Positions 7,448 through 17,818 of a stretch of 64,000 nucleotides of DNA are shown here, piece after piece. The stretch is from a virus. How positions within the stretch are numbered: the first letter of the stretch is position 1; the number at the start of each line of letters is the position of its first letter. The notes beneath the pieces are model-generated. The model saw only the letters and a list, made by a program, of their open reading frames with translations. It made no database searches and was not told the origin of the DNA. The position numbers and the translations under genes were made by a program. Where the stretch lies: positions 32,001 through 96,000 of the IMG/VR virus record IMGVR_UViG_3300022723_000207. One strand, 5' to 3'.

Positions 7448-10329
7448 TGCAATATTTGTTTAGGAACATTAAGGGACATACGGTTAAGTTGCCAGGGCGT
7501 GATGGCAAGCTGGTACATTTCGCAGTTGGTGAGCAGAAAGCTTTGGATTCTTATTTTAAGAAGTATGCTCCAAAGTATTTGGCGGTTGTTAGGGAAGTTA
7601 AGGGTAAGGCAGTAAATGTCAGCAATCAGAGAGTACGTGTAGTAAAGCCCAAGACTAAAAAAACTAGTGAACCTAAAAAAGTACTGATAACACGTAAAGC
7701 AGCCAATTCTACTATTACTGTCGACAATGGCAGAAGGGTTATAAAGACTTCGAAAGTTGTCGGCAGGGCGTCTAAAATAGGGCGCAAGAATGCCACTGCT
7801 TTTTCCCAAGCCAGGATTACGGAAAATTCTGTTCCAATCTCTAATGATATTGGTGTTGGTATACTAAGTTTTAATCGTTTAAAATCACTAATACCACTTA
7901 TTGAATCTATTCGTAAATATACAGATTTAAAAAAGACAACTATTTTTGTTAGCGATGAAAGTACAAATCCAGAAGTATGGAATTGGCTTAAAGAACAAAA
8001 GGACATTGTAGTTTTTCATGAAGAACGCAAGGGAATCGCTGTTAACACTAACAGGATTTTGAGATGCCTTGCTCGTTTTAAGTATAAATTGCTCCTTAAT
8101 GATGATGTTGAAGTATTAAAGGAGGGCTGGGATTCTTTTTATTTTGAAGCAATGAAAAAAACCGGTTTGAAACATTTTTGCTATCGGCAGCGAGGGATTT
8201 ATGGAGCTGAAAGACCTAGAGCTGATTCAAAAGGTCTCTTAAAGATCGTAGAGAAGCCTCATGGTGCTGTATTGGCAGTTCATGATGATGCATTTAGAGA
8301 AGTTGGTTATTTCGATGAGGGATTTGGCACTTATGGATTTGAACACGTAGAATATAGTGATCGCATAGCCAGAGTCTGTCATAAAGAAGATGGTTATTTT
8401 GATGTAAGCGGGTCTGACTCTTATTTTAGAATTTACGATGATACTTCAAGTGATCCAGAAAAGCACAGAAATTATGCCAAAGCCAAAAAACGGTATGCCG
8501 AAACCCCTAAAAATAGGAAATTTGTTGATACTACTGATAATTCTGCAGTTCCTGGAATTACTTATATTATCCCTTTTAGGGATATTGGTCGGCAAGAGTG
8601 CGTTAGGACAGTGGTAAACAATATCAAAGCTCAGCGCTACCCTGAAATTCAAATTATTTTAGCCGAACAAGATGAGCGTTTAAAGACTAGCTTTAGCTGT
8701 ATTGATCATATATTAGTTAAGAGCTGGTTTAAAGGTATGCACTTTTGTAAGGCGGCAGCATTTAATAGAGGTGTTGAGGTTGCGAAATTTGATAAGCTGA
8801 TTTTACATGATGCGGATATGTTGGTTAGGTCTGACTATACGCACAATCTGTCTATATTATTAACAAAGTATGAGTCGGCCCATATAGGTGCCACTGTTTG
8901 TTATATGGAGAAAGAGTCTACTGATAAGATTGTTCGTAATCAGTCTATTAATAGAGATCAAGTGTCTAGTGATAGAATTGTTAATTATTACGAAGGAGGG
9001 TCTTTTGGTATTTTGAAATCTGCCTACATTAGAATAGGTGGATTCTGTGAAGATTTCATAGGTTATGGGTGTTTCACTGAAAATAATTATGTGGTTACTT
9101 CTGACGGTTTGGTTGACATTAAAGATGTTCAAGTAGATGACTATGTTTTAACACATACTGGTGAATACCATGCAGTAACCAGAAAGTTCATTAGAAATCA
9201 TGGTGGTGAAGTACATGACATCTTCATCCCTGGGAGATTGCCAATAAAAGGAGTGACTGAAGAACATCCATTCTTGGTTGACGGCGAATGGATTAGGGTT
9301 GATGATCTAAAAATCGGCATGAAATCAACATTTCAACCAGATTATTTAGACCTAGTTCAATATCAAGACCTTAGTTATATTTCTAATGCTGACAATTCAA
9401 AAAATGAAATAAATATTGATTTTTACTCAAAAGAATTTTCATGGTTTGTTGGAGTGTTTTTGGCTGAAGGAGTTGTTAAATTAAACAAAGCGGTATACTT
9501 GTACATCGCAGAAGACGAATCATGCTTATTGTCAAGAATATTAGACATGATTAACAAAATAAACCCGATGATCTCAGTTAAATCTCATTATGTTAAAAAT
9601 GGGTGTAGGGAAGTAAGAATATTTAGTTCAAAATTGGCTAAAATAATTAATGCTGTTTCACCAAAATCAATTGCAAGAAACAAAGTGCTAGCCAAATGGT
9701 ATATTGAAAAGTTGAACACCAATTCTAAGCTATGGCTCCTTAATGGTTTGATAGATGGTGATGGCGATAAGCAACATGGATCCAAAAAAAGGTTAGTTTA
9801 TACGACTGGTAGTATAAACCTAGCTAACATTATATCGATGATGATGGGCGAATCTGGCATAACACATAGCTTTGGAATAAGAAAAACTGGTGGTTTTACA
9901 GAAAATGATTATTATTCATTAACAATAAATAGAAATTGTGAAAGATTTTTAGATGTTGTTGGCATGATAAAAGAAGATGTCGTAAGTCATGACTCAAATT
10001 TTGGGCACATAAATGAAATAAGAAAAAGACTGGTTAATGAGCCTGTTTACAATTTAGAAGTAGAATGCGATAATTCATATATAGTTAATGGTGTGGTTGT
10101 TCATAATTGTGAAGACACAGAGTTTTATAAGAGGATGACCGAAGGAACAAAGAGTTTTACGCAGAGGTCTGTTGATCTGTTTCATTTGTGGCATGGTCGC
10201 ACTGATGGCTGGACTGAACGCCATGACATTAATAAGAATATTCAAGTTAAAATGTTTAAAGAGAATCAAGTTTCTTTGTACAAGAGACTAAATAAGTTTT
10301 TGCTGAATAAGTATGAAGGATTAAAGTGA
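7447..10329 (+). CDS. tandem GT2/GT7-type glycosyltransferase precursor containing an intein
   Basis: Domain 1: GILSFNR, VSDES, LLNDD, VGYFDEGFGTYGFEH. Domain 2: YIIPFR, AAFNRG, HDAD, IGGFCEDFIGYG|CEDTEF. Confidence 0.85.
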   Translation: MQYLFRNIKGHTVKLPGRDGKLVHFAVGEQKALDSYFKKYAPKYLAVVREVKGKAVNVSNQRVRVVKPKTKKTSEPKKVLITRKAANSTITVDNGRRVIKTSKVVGRASKIGRKNATAFSQARITENSVPISNDIGVGILSFNRLKSLIPLIESIRKYTDLKKTTIFVSDESTNPEVWNWLKEQKDIVVFHEERKGIAVNTNRILRCLARFKYKLLLNDDVEVLKEGWDSFYFEAMKKTGLKHFCYRQRGIYGAERPRADSKGLLKIVEKPHGAVLAVHDDAFREVGYFDEGFGTYGFEHVEYSDRIARVCHKEDGYFDVSGSDSYFRIYDDTSSDPEKHRNYAKAKKRYAETPKNRKFVDTTDNSAVPGITYIIPFRDIGRQECVRTVVNNIKAQRYPEIQIILAEQDERLKTSFSCIDHILVKSWFKGMHFCKAAAFNRGVEVAKFDKLILHDADMLVRSDYTHNLSILLTKYESAHIGATVCYMEKESTDKIVRNQSINRDQVSSDRIVNYYEGGSFGILKSAYIRIGGFCEDFIGYGCFTENNYVVTSDGLVDIKDVQVDDYVLTHTGEYHAVTRKFIRNHGGEVHDIFIPGRLPIKGVTEEHPFLVDGEWIRVDDLKIGMKSTFQPDYLDLVQYQDLSYISNADNSKNEINIDFYSKEFSWFVGVFLAEGVVKLNKAVYLYIAEDESCLLSRILDMINKINPMISVKSHYVKNGCREVRIFSSKLAKIINAVSPKSIARNKVLAKWYIEKLNTNSKLWLLNGLIDGDGDKQHGSKKRLVYTTGSINLANIISMMMGESGITHSFGIRKTGGFTENDYYSLTINRNCERFLDVVGMIKEDVVSHDSNFGHINEIRKRLVNEPVYNLEVECDNSYIVNGVVVHNCEDTEFYKRMTEGTKSFTQRSVDLFHLWHGRTDGWTERHDINKNIQVKMFKENQVSLYKRLNKFLLNKYEGLK
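9070..10107 (+). mobile_element. intein with LAGLIDADG homing endonuclease (346 aa)
   Basis: Starts CFTENNYV; block B VTEEHPF; VGVFLAEG and LNGLIDGDG; ends VYNLEVECDNSYIVNGVVVHN followed by Cys +1. Confidence 0.92.
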
Positions 10330-11340
10330 CTTGATTTTTTCTATTAGTGATTGTTCATTTTTGAATTCATCTTCCCAAATTTCGATTAGCATATAATTAG
10401 TATTGCTATTGACAAATGACCTTTTTCTTTTGTCTCTTGCTATTACTTCTGGTTTTGTATGCCAATAATTACCTTGAACTTCTATTAAAATATTATTGTT
10501 TGGTAAGAAATAATCAAAATGCCAAAATTTAATTAAGTGTTCTTCTTTCCATTCAATGTTTAATAAATTGAATATTGGTATTAGTTTTCTTTGTAGTTTA
10601 GATGGCTGTGGACTCCAAAAAGCTGTGTTAGCCATATGTTCTCTATAATCGTCGTTTGCCCATAGTTCTATCATTAGTTGTCTATTGAATTCTCTTTTTT
10701 CTTTTGTCATAATTTTGGATTTTAGTTTTCTGTGTTCTGCAGATTGCATTATAGATAATAATTTTTCTCTAAAGTCTGGTTTTCCCCACATTTTAGAAGA
10801 TCGTTTTGAACGCTGTTCAAATGATTCGTTATTGCCTAATTCCTTGTTTTCCCTTTCTAACAATGATGAGACTACTTTATTTCTAAAGTCAGTGTCTCTC
10901 CACAATCCAGATATTATTGATGATGCCAGCTCATGAGATTCTGGTTTAGACCAATATTCTTTAGAAGCTAATATTGATTTTTGTAGTACTTTTTCAGAAT
11001 GTTCAAAACACTTTTTGTGTTTAACTCTGTGTAACTTTTTTAGCAAATCATTAGCACCTCTATATTGGATCTCTACTTGTTTCTTGCACTTAATGCATTT
11101 GCATATTACCGGATTTCGCATTCTGATATTAGTGTAATCATATCCGTATTTGTTTTTGGTGGTGCTCCATAGAACGTTAGGAGCGGTTTTTAATGTTTTA
11201 ATTCTGTTCTGCAGCTTGTTTTCAGCTAAGGAACAATTGCGACATGTGAATCCATTATTTTGTGCTTTCTTGATCGCTCTTCTGTCTTTTAGTGTAAATA
11301 ATTCGTTGCATTTTTTGCATGGTGTTGTTAAAGAATCCAT
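10321..11340 (-). mobile_element. free-standing Vsr/DUF559-like homing endonuclease gene (Zn ribbons plus NUMOD3-like helices)
   Basis: PSKLQ...FDYFLP...LIEVQGNYWH...RDKRK...IEIWEDE; antisense, AT-rich, inserted between two glycosyltransferase genes. Confidence 0.75.
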
Positions 11341-11385
11341 GCATTACTTTTGGTTGTGTGGTTTCACTAACACAAGGAGAGGGCC

Positions 11386-12380
11386 ATGAAGGTTCTTATC
11401 ACTCGACCGCAAGGTGGAGCTTTTTTTTTTTTTTTTTCATAACCAAGGGTTTTCTAAACGCTTTTAATGATATCGGGGTTGAAGCAAAATATTGGGATGG
11501 TGATCAAAAGTCGTGGTTCGATTTTGATCCTGACCTGTATTGCGGAGCCAGTGGCCACAGACAAAACATTCCGTTAAATCGAGGGAAATGTAAAGTTGCT
11601 GTTCATGTCAACCCGTTTGGAGTCCAATTAAAACCTTTGTTTGGTGTTGATATCAATGAGCCAAGACATGCTATCGATTGGACCGCTAAGCAGAAACCGG
11701 ATGCCGTATTTGGTTATGGTTTACAACAAGATGCTAAAACTTATTGGAAAAATTGGTCTGATATAGCACCATTTGTGGGGTGTCCAACTGCTGGTGATGT
11801 TACTGAGTATTATCCTCAAAAAGAAGATTGTGATTATAAAGTTGCTTTTTTAGGTGGTAGGTGGGGTTATAAAGGTCACAATATTAATAAGTGGTTGCTG
11901 CCGTCGATTTATAAACTAGGAAATAAGATAGCGATTAAAGGATGGGGTGGTTGGCAAGAAGTCAAGCAATATCATGGAGTTCTACCAGAGAGTGATAGTG
12001 GAAGAGTATTTTTAAGCTCTGCTTTAGTGGGTCCATGTGTTTGTGAACCGCATACGTCTGATTATGGCATAGATATCCCTGAACGATTTTTTAAGGTTGC
12101 TTTGTGTGGCGCTTTACCAATTATGGATAATGTTGTTGGGTTTGATCGATATTGTGATAATTATGTAATGGCGAGTAACCCAAATGATTATTATACTAAA
12201 ATTTTAAATTATTCTTCCAATCCTGATTATATTGAGGAGGGTAAAAGGCTAGCGGCTAAAATTAGGGAAGAAGTATTGAAAAAGCACACTTATCATCATC
12301 GCATGCGCGATTTATGCTTGGCAGTTGGGTTTGATGATATTGCTAAAAGATTTGATGAAAGAATAGCTAAATTCGATTAG
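11386..12380 (+). pseudogene. GT-B (CgeB/Glyco_trans_1_2-like) glycosyltransferase, out of frame at a T17 tract
   Basis: AGGAGAGG + ATG11386 gives MKVLITRPQGGA, then a stop just after T17. The body (PERFFKVALCGA...HTYHHRM) is in another frame. Confidence 0.75.
11421..11437 (+). repeat. T17 homopolymer tract in the 5' coding region
   Basis: 17 consecutive T, by far the longest homopolymer seen in the window. Confidence 0.9.
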
Positions 12381-12604
12381 CCTTCACCAACATTTATCAT
12401 TACCTGTCTTAGAAATTGTGTATGGGTTGTTTTAAGTGTACGGGTAATTTCCATAATATCTTGAGGCCTATATAAAACTGCTAATTTTTCTTCTTCAATA
12501 TGGGGATTGTCGTATATGAAGACGTATTTTTCAATGTTGAATTCTTCAACTAATTTTTCAAATCGGTCTCTGAATTCATTTAGATTCGCATCATCTTCAC
12601 TCAT
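12377..12604 (-). CDS. hypothetical protein
   Basis: 75-aa ORF filling the gap between + strand genes. Confidence 0.55.
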   Translation of the reverse strand: MSEDDANLNEFRDRFEKLVEEFNIEKYVFIYDNPHIEEEKLAVLYRPQDIMEITRTLKTTHTQFLRQVMINVGEG

Positions 12605-12618
12605 AGTGTATTATCTAC

Positions 12619-13230
12619 GTGGCTGAGATACGTAAAGATGTACTAGAAGCGGCTGTCGCATTTAAGAACGAAATGCGAAAAGTTGGCAAGGGTTTTAAAT
12701 TCGCTAAGGCTAAAGATATTACTAAGACCTACCATTATCGGTGGTTCTGTTCTTTTTTAGATAAATGCTATCGTAATGGATTTAATTCAGATAGTGTCAA
12801 AGAAGTTGTGAGAGCAGTGGTGTTGTATGCCAAAGAATATGGTCTGCTCAATAAGGGAGTAGCTTTATTGAGCAGAAGTGATATTGTCGACATTTGCATT
12901 AAAAATATGGAAAAAGAAGTGCAAGACACTGACGACCATTTGTCATTGATAAGGTCTGCTGTGGAAATAATTGACGTTGATGATCCTGTTAGAATGTTAA
13001 CTAAAAAGCAACATCGTCATGGTTCTCCAAATATTATTGCTCTAAGGGATAATGGCAAGTTGCCTGATTTCTTTATAGCTATATCAAAATCCTGCATGAA
13101 AGCCGTGGCAGATTTGAAATGTGATGATTTACCTACTGTAAGGGAATATTTTATTACGAGGATGAAAATGAAAACCAAGTTTGGTGATGAAGTTCTTGGT
13201 GAGGTGATGGGAGGTGAATATAATGGCTAA
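12619..13230 (+). CDS. hypothetical protein
   Basis: 203-aa ORF upstream of the primase. Confidence 0.6.
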   Translation: MAEIRKDVLEAAVAFKNEMRKVGKGFKFAKAKDITKTYHYRWFCSFLDKCYRNGFNSDSVKEVVRAVVLYAKEYGLLNKGVALLSRSDIVDICIKNMEKEVQDTDDHLSLIRSAVEIIDVDDPVRMLTKKQHRHGSPNIIALRDNGKLPDFFIAISKSCMKAVADLKCDDLPTVREYFITRMKMKTKFGDEVLGEVMGGEYNG

Positions 13231-14251
13231 ATATATGGATTTTAAGAGAAGTAAGTACACCATTCAGCCTACCCCAGACCAAATGGAATACTGGTTTAGA
13301 GCCAATGGTGTTGACTATAAGATAGGAACCAAAGACCAATTTAGGATCTGTAATCCAGACGGTGATACTAAGTTTTGTGTAGAGGTGAGTAAAGAAAAAG
13401 CACTAGTTCATGATTTTAGGCCAAATCACCAGCAATACGATGGTACCTTCATACGATTTGTTTCAAAGTATAAAGGCATATCAATCCAAGAATCTATCGA
13501 AGAGGTATGTGGCAAGAATATTAGATTAGCAGCTATTGCCAAGAAGCAAGAAGAGGTTGAAGAAGAAATTGAAGATGAGATAGATCTTCCCAGTGGTTGT
13601 TGTTCTATTAGAGATGAATCAATGTTTGATACTAAAATGCACCAACTGGTCATAAATTATTTGATTAAGGACCGTTGCTTAGACAAAGAGGCGGTCATGA
13701 AAGCTAATATTCACTATCTTGGGACATCTATTGTGGTTCCGTATTATGAGTACGGGATGATAGTCTTTTGGCAAATGCGCCAGCAGCTTTCTAAAGTGTT
13801 TAAGTTCCCGCCTTCTTCTAATAAAAGTGCTGGCGATTTCTTGTATGGATTTGATAATGTAGAACCACATTCTTTTGTTATTGTTACTGAAGCTATTTTT
13901 AATACATTATCTATTGGTGATGACTGTGTAGCAACTGGTGGAGCTACTTTGAAAAGCGGTCAAATCCAGCTACTAAAGGCGTTGTCTCCTGAGAAAATCA
14001 TATTGGCACCAGACAATGACCCTGCAGGAATTAAGTCGTTACAAAAAGACTATTTAGCTTTGAGAAAAGGGAAATGGGATATCTATTATTGTTTGCCGCC
14101 TTACGCTGGCAAAGGAGAATCGGATATTGATTGGAATGACTTGAAGAAAATGGGAGTTGATCCTAGGGAATATATATTAAATACTAATCGAAAGCTAACT
14201 ATGAAAGATGTTTTCAATGGCGTCGATAACAAGTCATTTAAGATGCCCTAG
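13223..14251 (+). CDS. DNA primase (Toprim; gp61/DnaG-like)
   Basis: IVVPYY...FWQMR, FLYGFD, VIVTEAIFN, ATGG, ILAPDNDPAG, DWND; GGAGGTG RBS. Confidence 0.85.
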   Translation: MAKYMDFKRSKYTIQPTPDQMEYWFRANGVDYKIGTKDQFRICNPDGDTKFCVEVSKEKALVHDFRPNHQQYDGTFIRFVSKYKGISIQESIEEVCGKNIRLAAIAKKQEEVEEEIEDEIDLPSGCCSIRDESMFDTKMHQLVINYLIKDRCLDKEAVMKANIHYLGTSIVVPYYEYGMIVFWQMRQQLSKVFKFPPSSNKSAGDFLYGFDNVEPHSFVIVTEAIFNTLSIGDDCVATGGATLKSGQIQLLKALSPEKIILAPDNDPAGIKSLQKDYLALRKGKWDIYYCLPPYAGKGESDIDWNDLKKMGVDPREYILNTNRKLTMKDVFNGVDNKSFKMP

Positions 14252-14555
14252 GATTATTTTTGATATATTTCCTGTTGGATAGAGAATATGACCGTTGAAC
14301 TGTTACTTTGTCTAGTATGAACTCTCGATATCCTTTTTTATATGCCTTTGGTGTATTCCTTTTAAACCAAGACACTTTGTTGATTAGTTGATATGAATCA
14401 AGTTTATCATTATTGTTCATAATAATTTCAGCTTCTTGCTTGTCGATAGCTTCATCTAAAATGGCGACAAGTTTGTCCCCTTTGCGTCCAATCATCAAAA
14501 TGACGACGTTTTTGCGTTCGTTTCTTTTTTGATATAGTATTTGGCTTAATATCAT
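14238..14555 (-). CDS. hypothetical protein
   Basis: 105-aa ORF filling the gap, divergent from gp5. Confidence 0.5.
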   Translation of the reverse strand: MILSQILYQKRNERKNVVILMIGRKGDKLVAILDEAIDKQEAEIIMNNNDKLDSYQLINKVSWFKRNTPKAYKKGYREFILDKVTVQRSYSLSNRKYIKNNPRAS

Positions 14556-14583
14556 GGATACATAAAATATAGATCAGTGAAGC

Positions 14584-16656
14584 ATGGCAATAAACGACAA
14601 CCTTCATAATATTTACAATAAATTAGCCTACGACCGCAAGCAGCAGTCTGCTTATGATCGTTATCCCGGCATGTATCGTGCAGAGGTGGTCGAGACTAAT
14701 GATCCGCTAAATATTCACCGAATCCGGTATAAAATGCCGGAACAACATGATTTTGATTTGAAGCCTGAAGATTGCCCATGGGCAGTGCCTGGATTTCAGC
14801 ATGGTGGCAAGGGAGCTGGTTATTGGTCGGCTCCTAAAATAGGCGACATTGTTTGGATTTCTTTTGAAAAACAACATTTTTACTCGCCCATATGGGTTGG
14901 CCATGCAGAGCCGACTAGGCGTCGCTTTTATAAACTGCATGCTTTATTTCAAAAGACTCAAGTATATGTGGATAGAGAAGGTAAACCAGTTGGTGATGAT
15001 CCTATTTCATATGAAGACTATTATCCTAAAGATGGCAGACCTTATTCATTAGGGACCAGAGATCGTTATGGCAATATGTTTGTCATGGATGAAACTGGAT
15101 TCTTTCCTTCAGAGCATTCTCAGTTTCCAGCACCTGCTGGTGTAGACGGCATAACTAACTCCAATTTTCAGAGCCAGCAATCATCTCCGGAATCCAACAG
15201 TCCTGATCGCAAAATGATTGCCCATGTTAGCAAGTATGGGCATTATATGATTTTAGGTGATCAGGGTTATGATTGGCAATCGGAATTTTCCGGCGATTTT
15301 GACGAAGATCACGAGAAAGAGAAGCAGCGAGAAAATAATTTAATTAGGACATTGAATGAGGACGTTCCTAATAGTGCTGATAGAGACCAGAGGCGAATTG
15401 AATTTCGTAGTGGCTACGGCCACAAGTTTGAAATGCGTGATGTTGGCTGGTCTTCTGCTGGACCCAGCGGTAGCAATAGTAGGTCCAATGATTGGTTTGA
15501 AAGTTCTGCTCAGCAATCACAATTTAGTGAGCGTGATGAACGTTGGATGAAGTTCAGAACTAAGGGTGGTCACCTTATTCAAATGATGGATATGGGTGCT
15601 GACCCGTCATCTGATGTTTTTATTAGACGTAATCGAATAGAAGAGATCGGTGGGACAGCGGACGCTGAAGATGATCATTGGCAAGATAGAGATGCTAGAC
15701 AGTTGCGATTTGTGTCTAGATATGGTTTTAAATTTGTTTTGGATGATCGTGGTTCTGATCCAACTGATGCAGAAGGAGCAGAATCTCCTAGGGGAAATGG
15801 GTGGTTAATAAAAGGCCGCAGAGATAACAGGGGGTTCGGTTGGGAAGTTAACGAGAAGGATACTCTTAATCATTCTTTGATGTACACACCTAAATCTAAA
15901 ATTATGGAGCTAAATGATCGATTTGATTATATGATGATGTGTACTGATACCAATTCACCAATTAGTAGGGATTGGGAGAAGCTTAGAGAGAATGAGTTTG
16001 CGCTAGCCAATGCTATGTCTTTCACACCTGAAAATGATACCTATCATTGTAAGCTGGACTTAGCTAACAATTATATTAGAATGAAAACACCCGGCGGTCA
16101 ACGTAATGGTCAGGGTTTTGAGACACGCTATGAGGGTGGCCCAAATACTGTTTGGACTGAAATGATGGATCGAGACAATCGTGCCTTGATTATGAATAGT
16201 ACCTTGCGCCATACTTCATGGCACGATCCGAGAGAGCAGAAATTTATAATGATAGGAGATGACGAACAGGTTATATTGATTAGGAATAAAGCGGGTAAGG
16301 TGCAAATTCATGCTGCTGGTAATGTTGAGGTCAAATCTGATGCTAATATTACTTTAGATGCTGCAGCAAATATTAATGCCAGAGCTGGTGGTCAATTTAT
16401 TGTTAATGCTGGCGGTGGTCAATTTGTTGTCGATGGGTCTGGCGCTGGTACTACTGGTGATCTTAGAGCATCGCAAGTCTTAGCATTCCACCCAGGATGC
16501 GAGCCGGGTGGCGGCGGAGGTTCGCCTTCGCCGTCTGGTGGAGTAGCTCCCCCGTACATTCCTCCAGCAGAGTTGCCTTTGACACCTACAGATCGTGGAA
16601 GAACGTTTAATGGTGGATTTAGCCCTGTTGATGAAAATGTAATAACGGGGATCTAA
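14584..16656 (+). CDS. gp5: baseplate hub/central spike, gp5/VgrG-like
   Basis: OB-fold motif YRAEVVETNDP...RIR...WAVP...PKIGDIVWISFE...PIWVG; C-terminal beta-helix-like repeats. Confidence 0.75.
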   Translation: MAINDNLHNIYNKLAYDRKQQSAYDRYPGMYRAEVVETNDPLNIHRIRYKMPEQHDFDLKPEDCPWAVPGFQHGGKGAGYWSAPKIGDIVWISFEKQHFYSPIWVGHAEPTRRRFYKLHALFQKTQVYVDREGKPVGDDPISYEDYYPKDGRPYSLGTRDRYGNMFVMDETGFFPSEHSQFPAPAGVDGITNSNFQSQQSSPESNSPDRKMIAHVSKYGHYMILGDQGYDWQSEFSGDFDEDHEKEKQRENNLIRTLNEDVPNSADRDQRRIEFRSGYGHKFEMRDVGWSSAGPSGSNSRSNDWFESSAQQSQFSERDERWMKFRTKGGHLIQMMDMGADPSSDVFIRRNRIEEIGGTADAEDDHWQDRDARQLRFVSRYGFKFVLDDRGSDPTDAEGAESPRGNGWLIKGRRDNRGFGWEVNEKDTLNHSLMYTPKSKIMELNDRFDYMMMCTDTNSPISRDWEKLRENEFALANAMSFTPENDTYHCKLDLANNYIRMKTPGGQRNGQGFETRYEGGPNTVWTEMMDRDNRALIMNSTLRHTSWHDPREQKFIMIGDDEQVILIRNKAGKVQIHAAGNVEVKSDANITLDAAANINARAGGQFIVNAGGGQFVVDGSGAGTTGDLRASQVLAFHPGCEPGGGGGSPSPSGGVAPPYIPPAELPLTPTDRGRTFNGGFSPVDENVITGI

Positions 16657-17366
16657 TGATAGTAACTGCTCCGACAGGATTATATGAACCGATACTTCCT
16701 CAATCTTCAGAGGATGCGGGCAATTTTACTTATACTATATCAAGTCAGTCTCCACCTAGATCGGCTGGCACATTTGTTCAGTTACCTGCACCAGAAGTAT
16801 TCCGTAAGCAGCCAGATAGGGTGTACACCAAGCAGCAAAAGAGGGTATTTCTTGGCAAACTTGTTTTTGATGTGACGGTGCCTGGCCCAGCGATTACAGG
16901 TAGTGGCACTGCCCAATTTGATATTGGTGATATTCTAGAATTTGTGGATGCGGATCCTGTGACAAGCGATCCGTTTACGTTGGTTAGGGAACAAGTAAGA
17001 CAAGATCTTAAAGCTATTGACTTTGAGTCTGCTGGCTTATCCAAGGATGAATATATTCAACTTAGAGAAGCTTCGGAACGACGAATGGATGAGATCACTG
17101 TACAAATTGCGGAGGTTAGCTCTGATATTAATTCAAATAAAGAATCTATTCAGCATAATCAAGCCAACATTAATAACTCTAGGTCATTATTGGATAATAT
17201 CATTTTAGTGCTTGGGGATGATAGTGTACAAGCAGAGAAAGTGAAAAATAATTTAGATGATTTAAATGCTCGAAAAGCTGATCTGCTTGTTGAGCGCCAA
17301 CAGTTGCAGGCTTCTTTGCAAACGCTGAGGGATGAGCTGCAGAAAGTTCGTGAGGTAGTAAGGTAG
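16656..17366 (+). CDS. baseplate-associated protein with C-terminal coiled coil
   Basis: Between gp5 and gp25; heptad-rich C-terminus. Confidence 0.55.
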   Translation: MIVTAPTGLYEPILPQSSEDAGNFTYTISSQSPPRSAGTFVQLPAPEVFRKQPDRVYTKQQKRVFLGKLVFDVTVPGPAITGSGTAQFDIGDILEFVDADPVTSDPFTLVREQVRQDLKAIDFESAGLSKDEYIQLREASERRMDEITVQIAEVSSDINSNKESIQHNQANINNSRSLLDNIILVLGDDSVQAEKVKNNLDDLNARKADLLVERQQLQASLQTLRDELQKVREVVR

Positions 17367-17818
17367 TGGCTACTTGGTATGGACCTAGTTTTCCTTTTTA
17401 TCGTGGTAACACACTTTTAGGTGCTACTTCGCAGGTTTTACCTAGGCAAGAAGACAGCAGATTAATTAGAAACGACTTTATTCAAGGCATTTTGACGAAT
17501 AAAGGCGAAAGGGTATTTCGTCCTTCATTTGGCGGTGATGTTTTTAATTTCTTGTTTGAACAAAACGATGCGCAATCTAGAACAGCTCTAGAGAGTTCTA
17601 TCAGACAACAGACATCAACTTATCATCCTAGAATTATAATTAATAATATTGATATAGATCAGCCAAATGATAGCCCAAATGCTGTGGTGGTTAAAATATT
17701 TGGAAGAACCAGCTTAGATGCCACCAATGTGGATGATTTGTTAGTGAGATTTATGGTTCCGATATCTGGGTCTGTTGGACAGAATGCTACAAATAATCCT
17801 TTGGGGTCTAATTCATGA
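17366..17818 (+). CDS. gp25: baseplate wedge subunit, gp25-like
   Basis: ILTNKGERVFRPSFGG..FNFLFEQND...YHPRI. Confidence 0.85.
   Translation: MATWYGPSFPFYRGNTLLGATSQVLPRQEDSRLIRNDFIQGILTNKGERVFRPSFGGDVFNFLFEQNDAQSRTALESSIRQQTSTYHPRIIINNIDIDQPNDSPNAVVVKIFGRTSLDATNVDDLLVRFMVPISGSVGQNATNNPLGSNS

Noticed and set aside
11319-11385. ORF-track start of the GT-B gene at 11319
   Set aside because: Overlaps the antisense nuclease start and has no RBS; the ATG at 11386 has a strong SD and gives a typical GT-B first strand (MKVLI)
14238-14555. gp2 DNA end-protector call
   Set aside because: Only a vague Y..YR.F resemblance; insufficient
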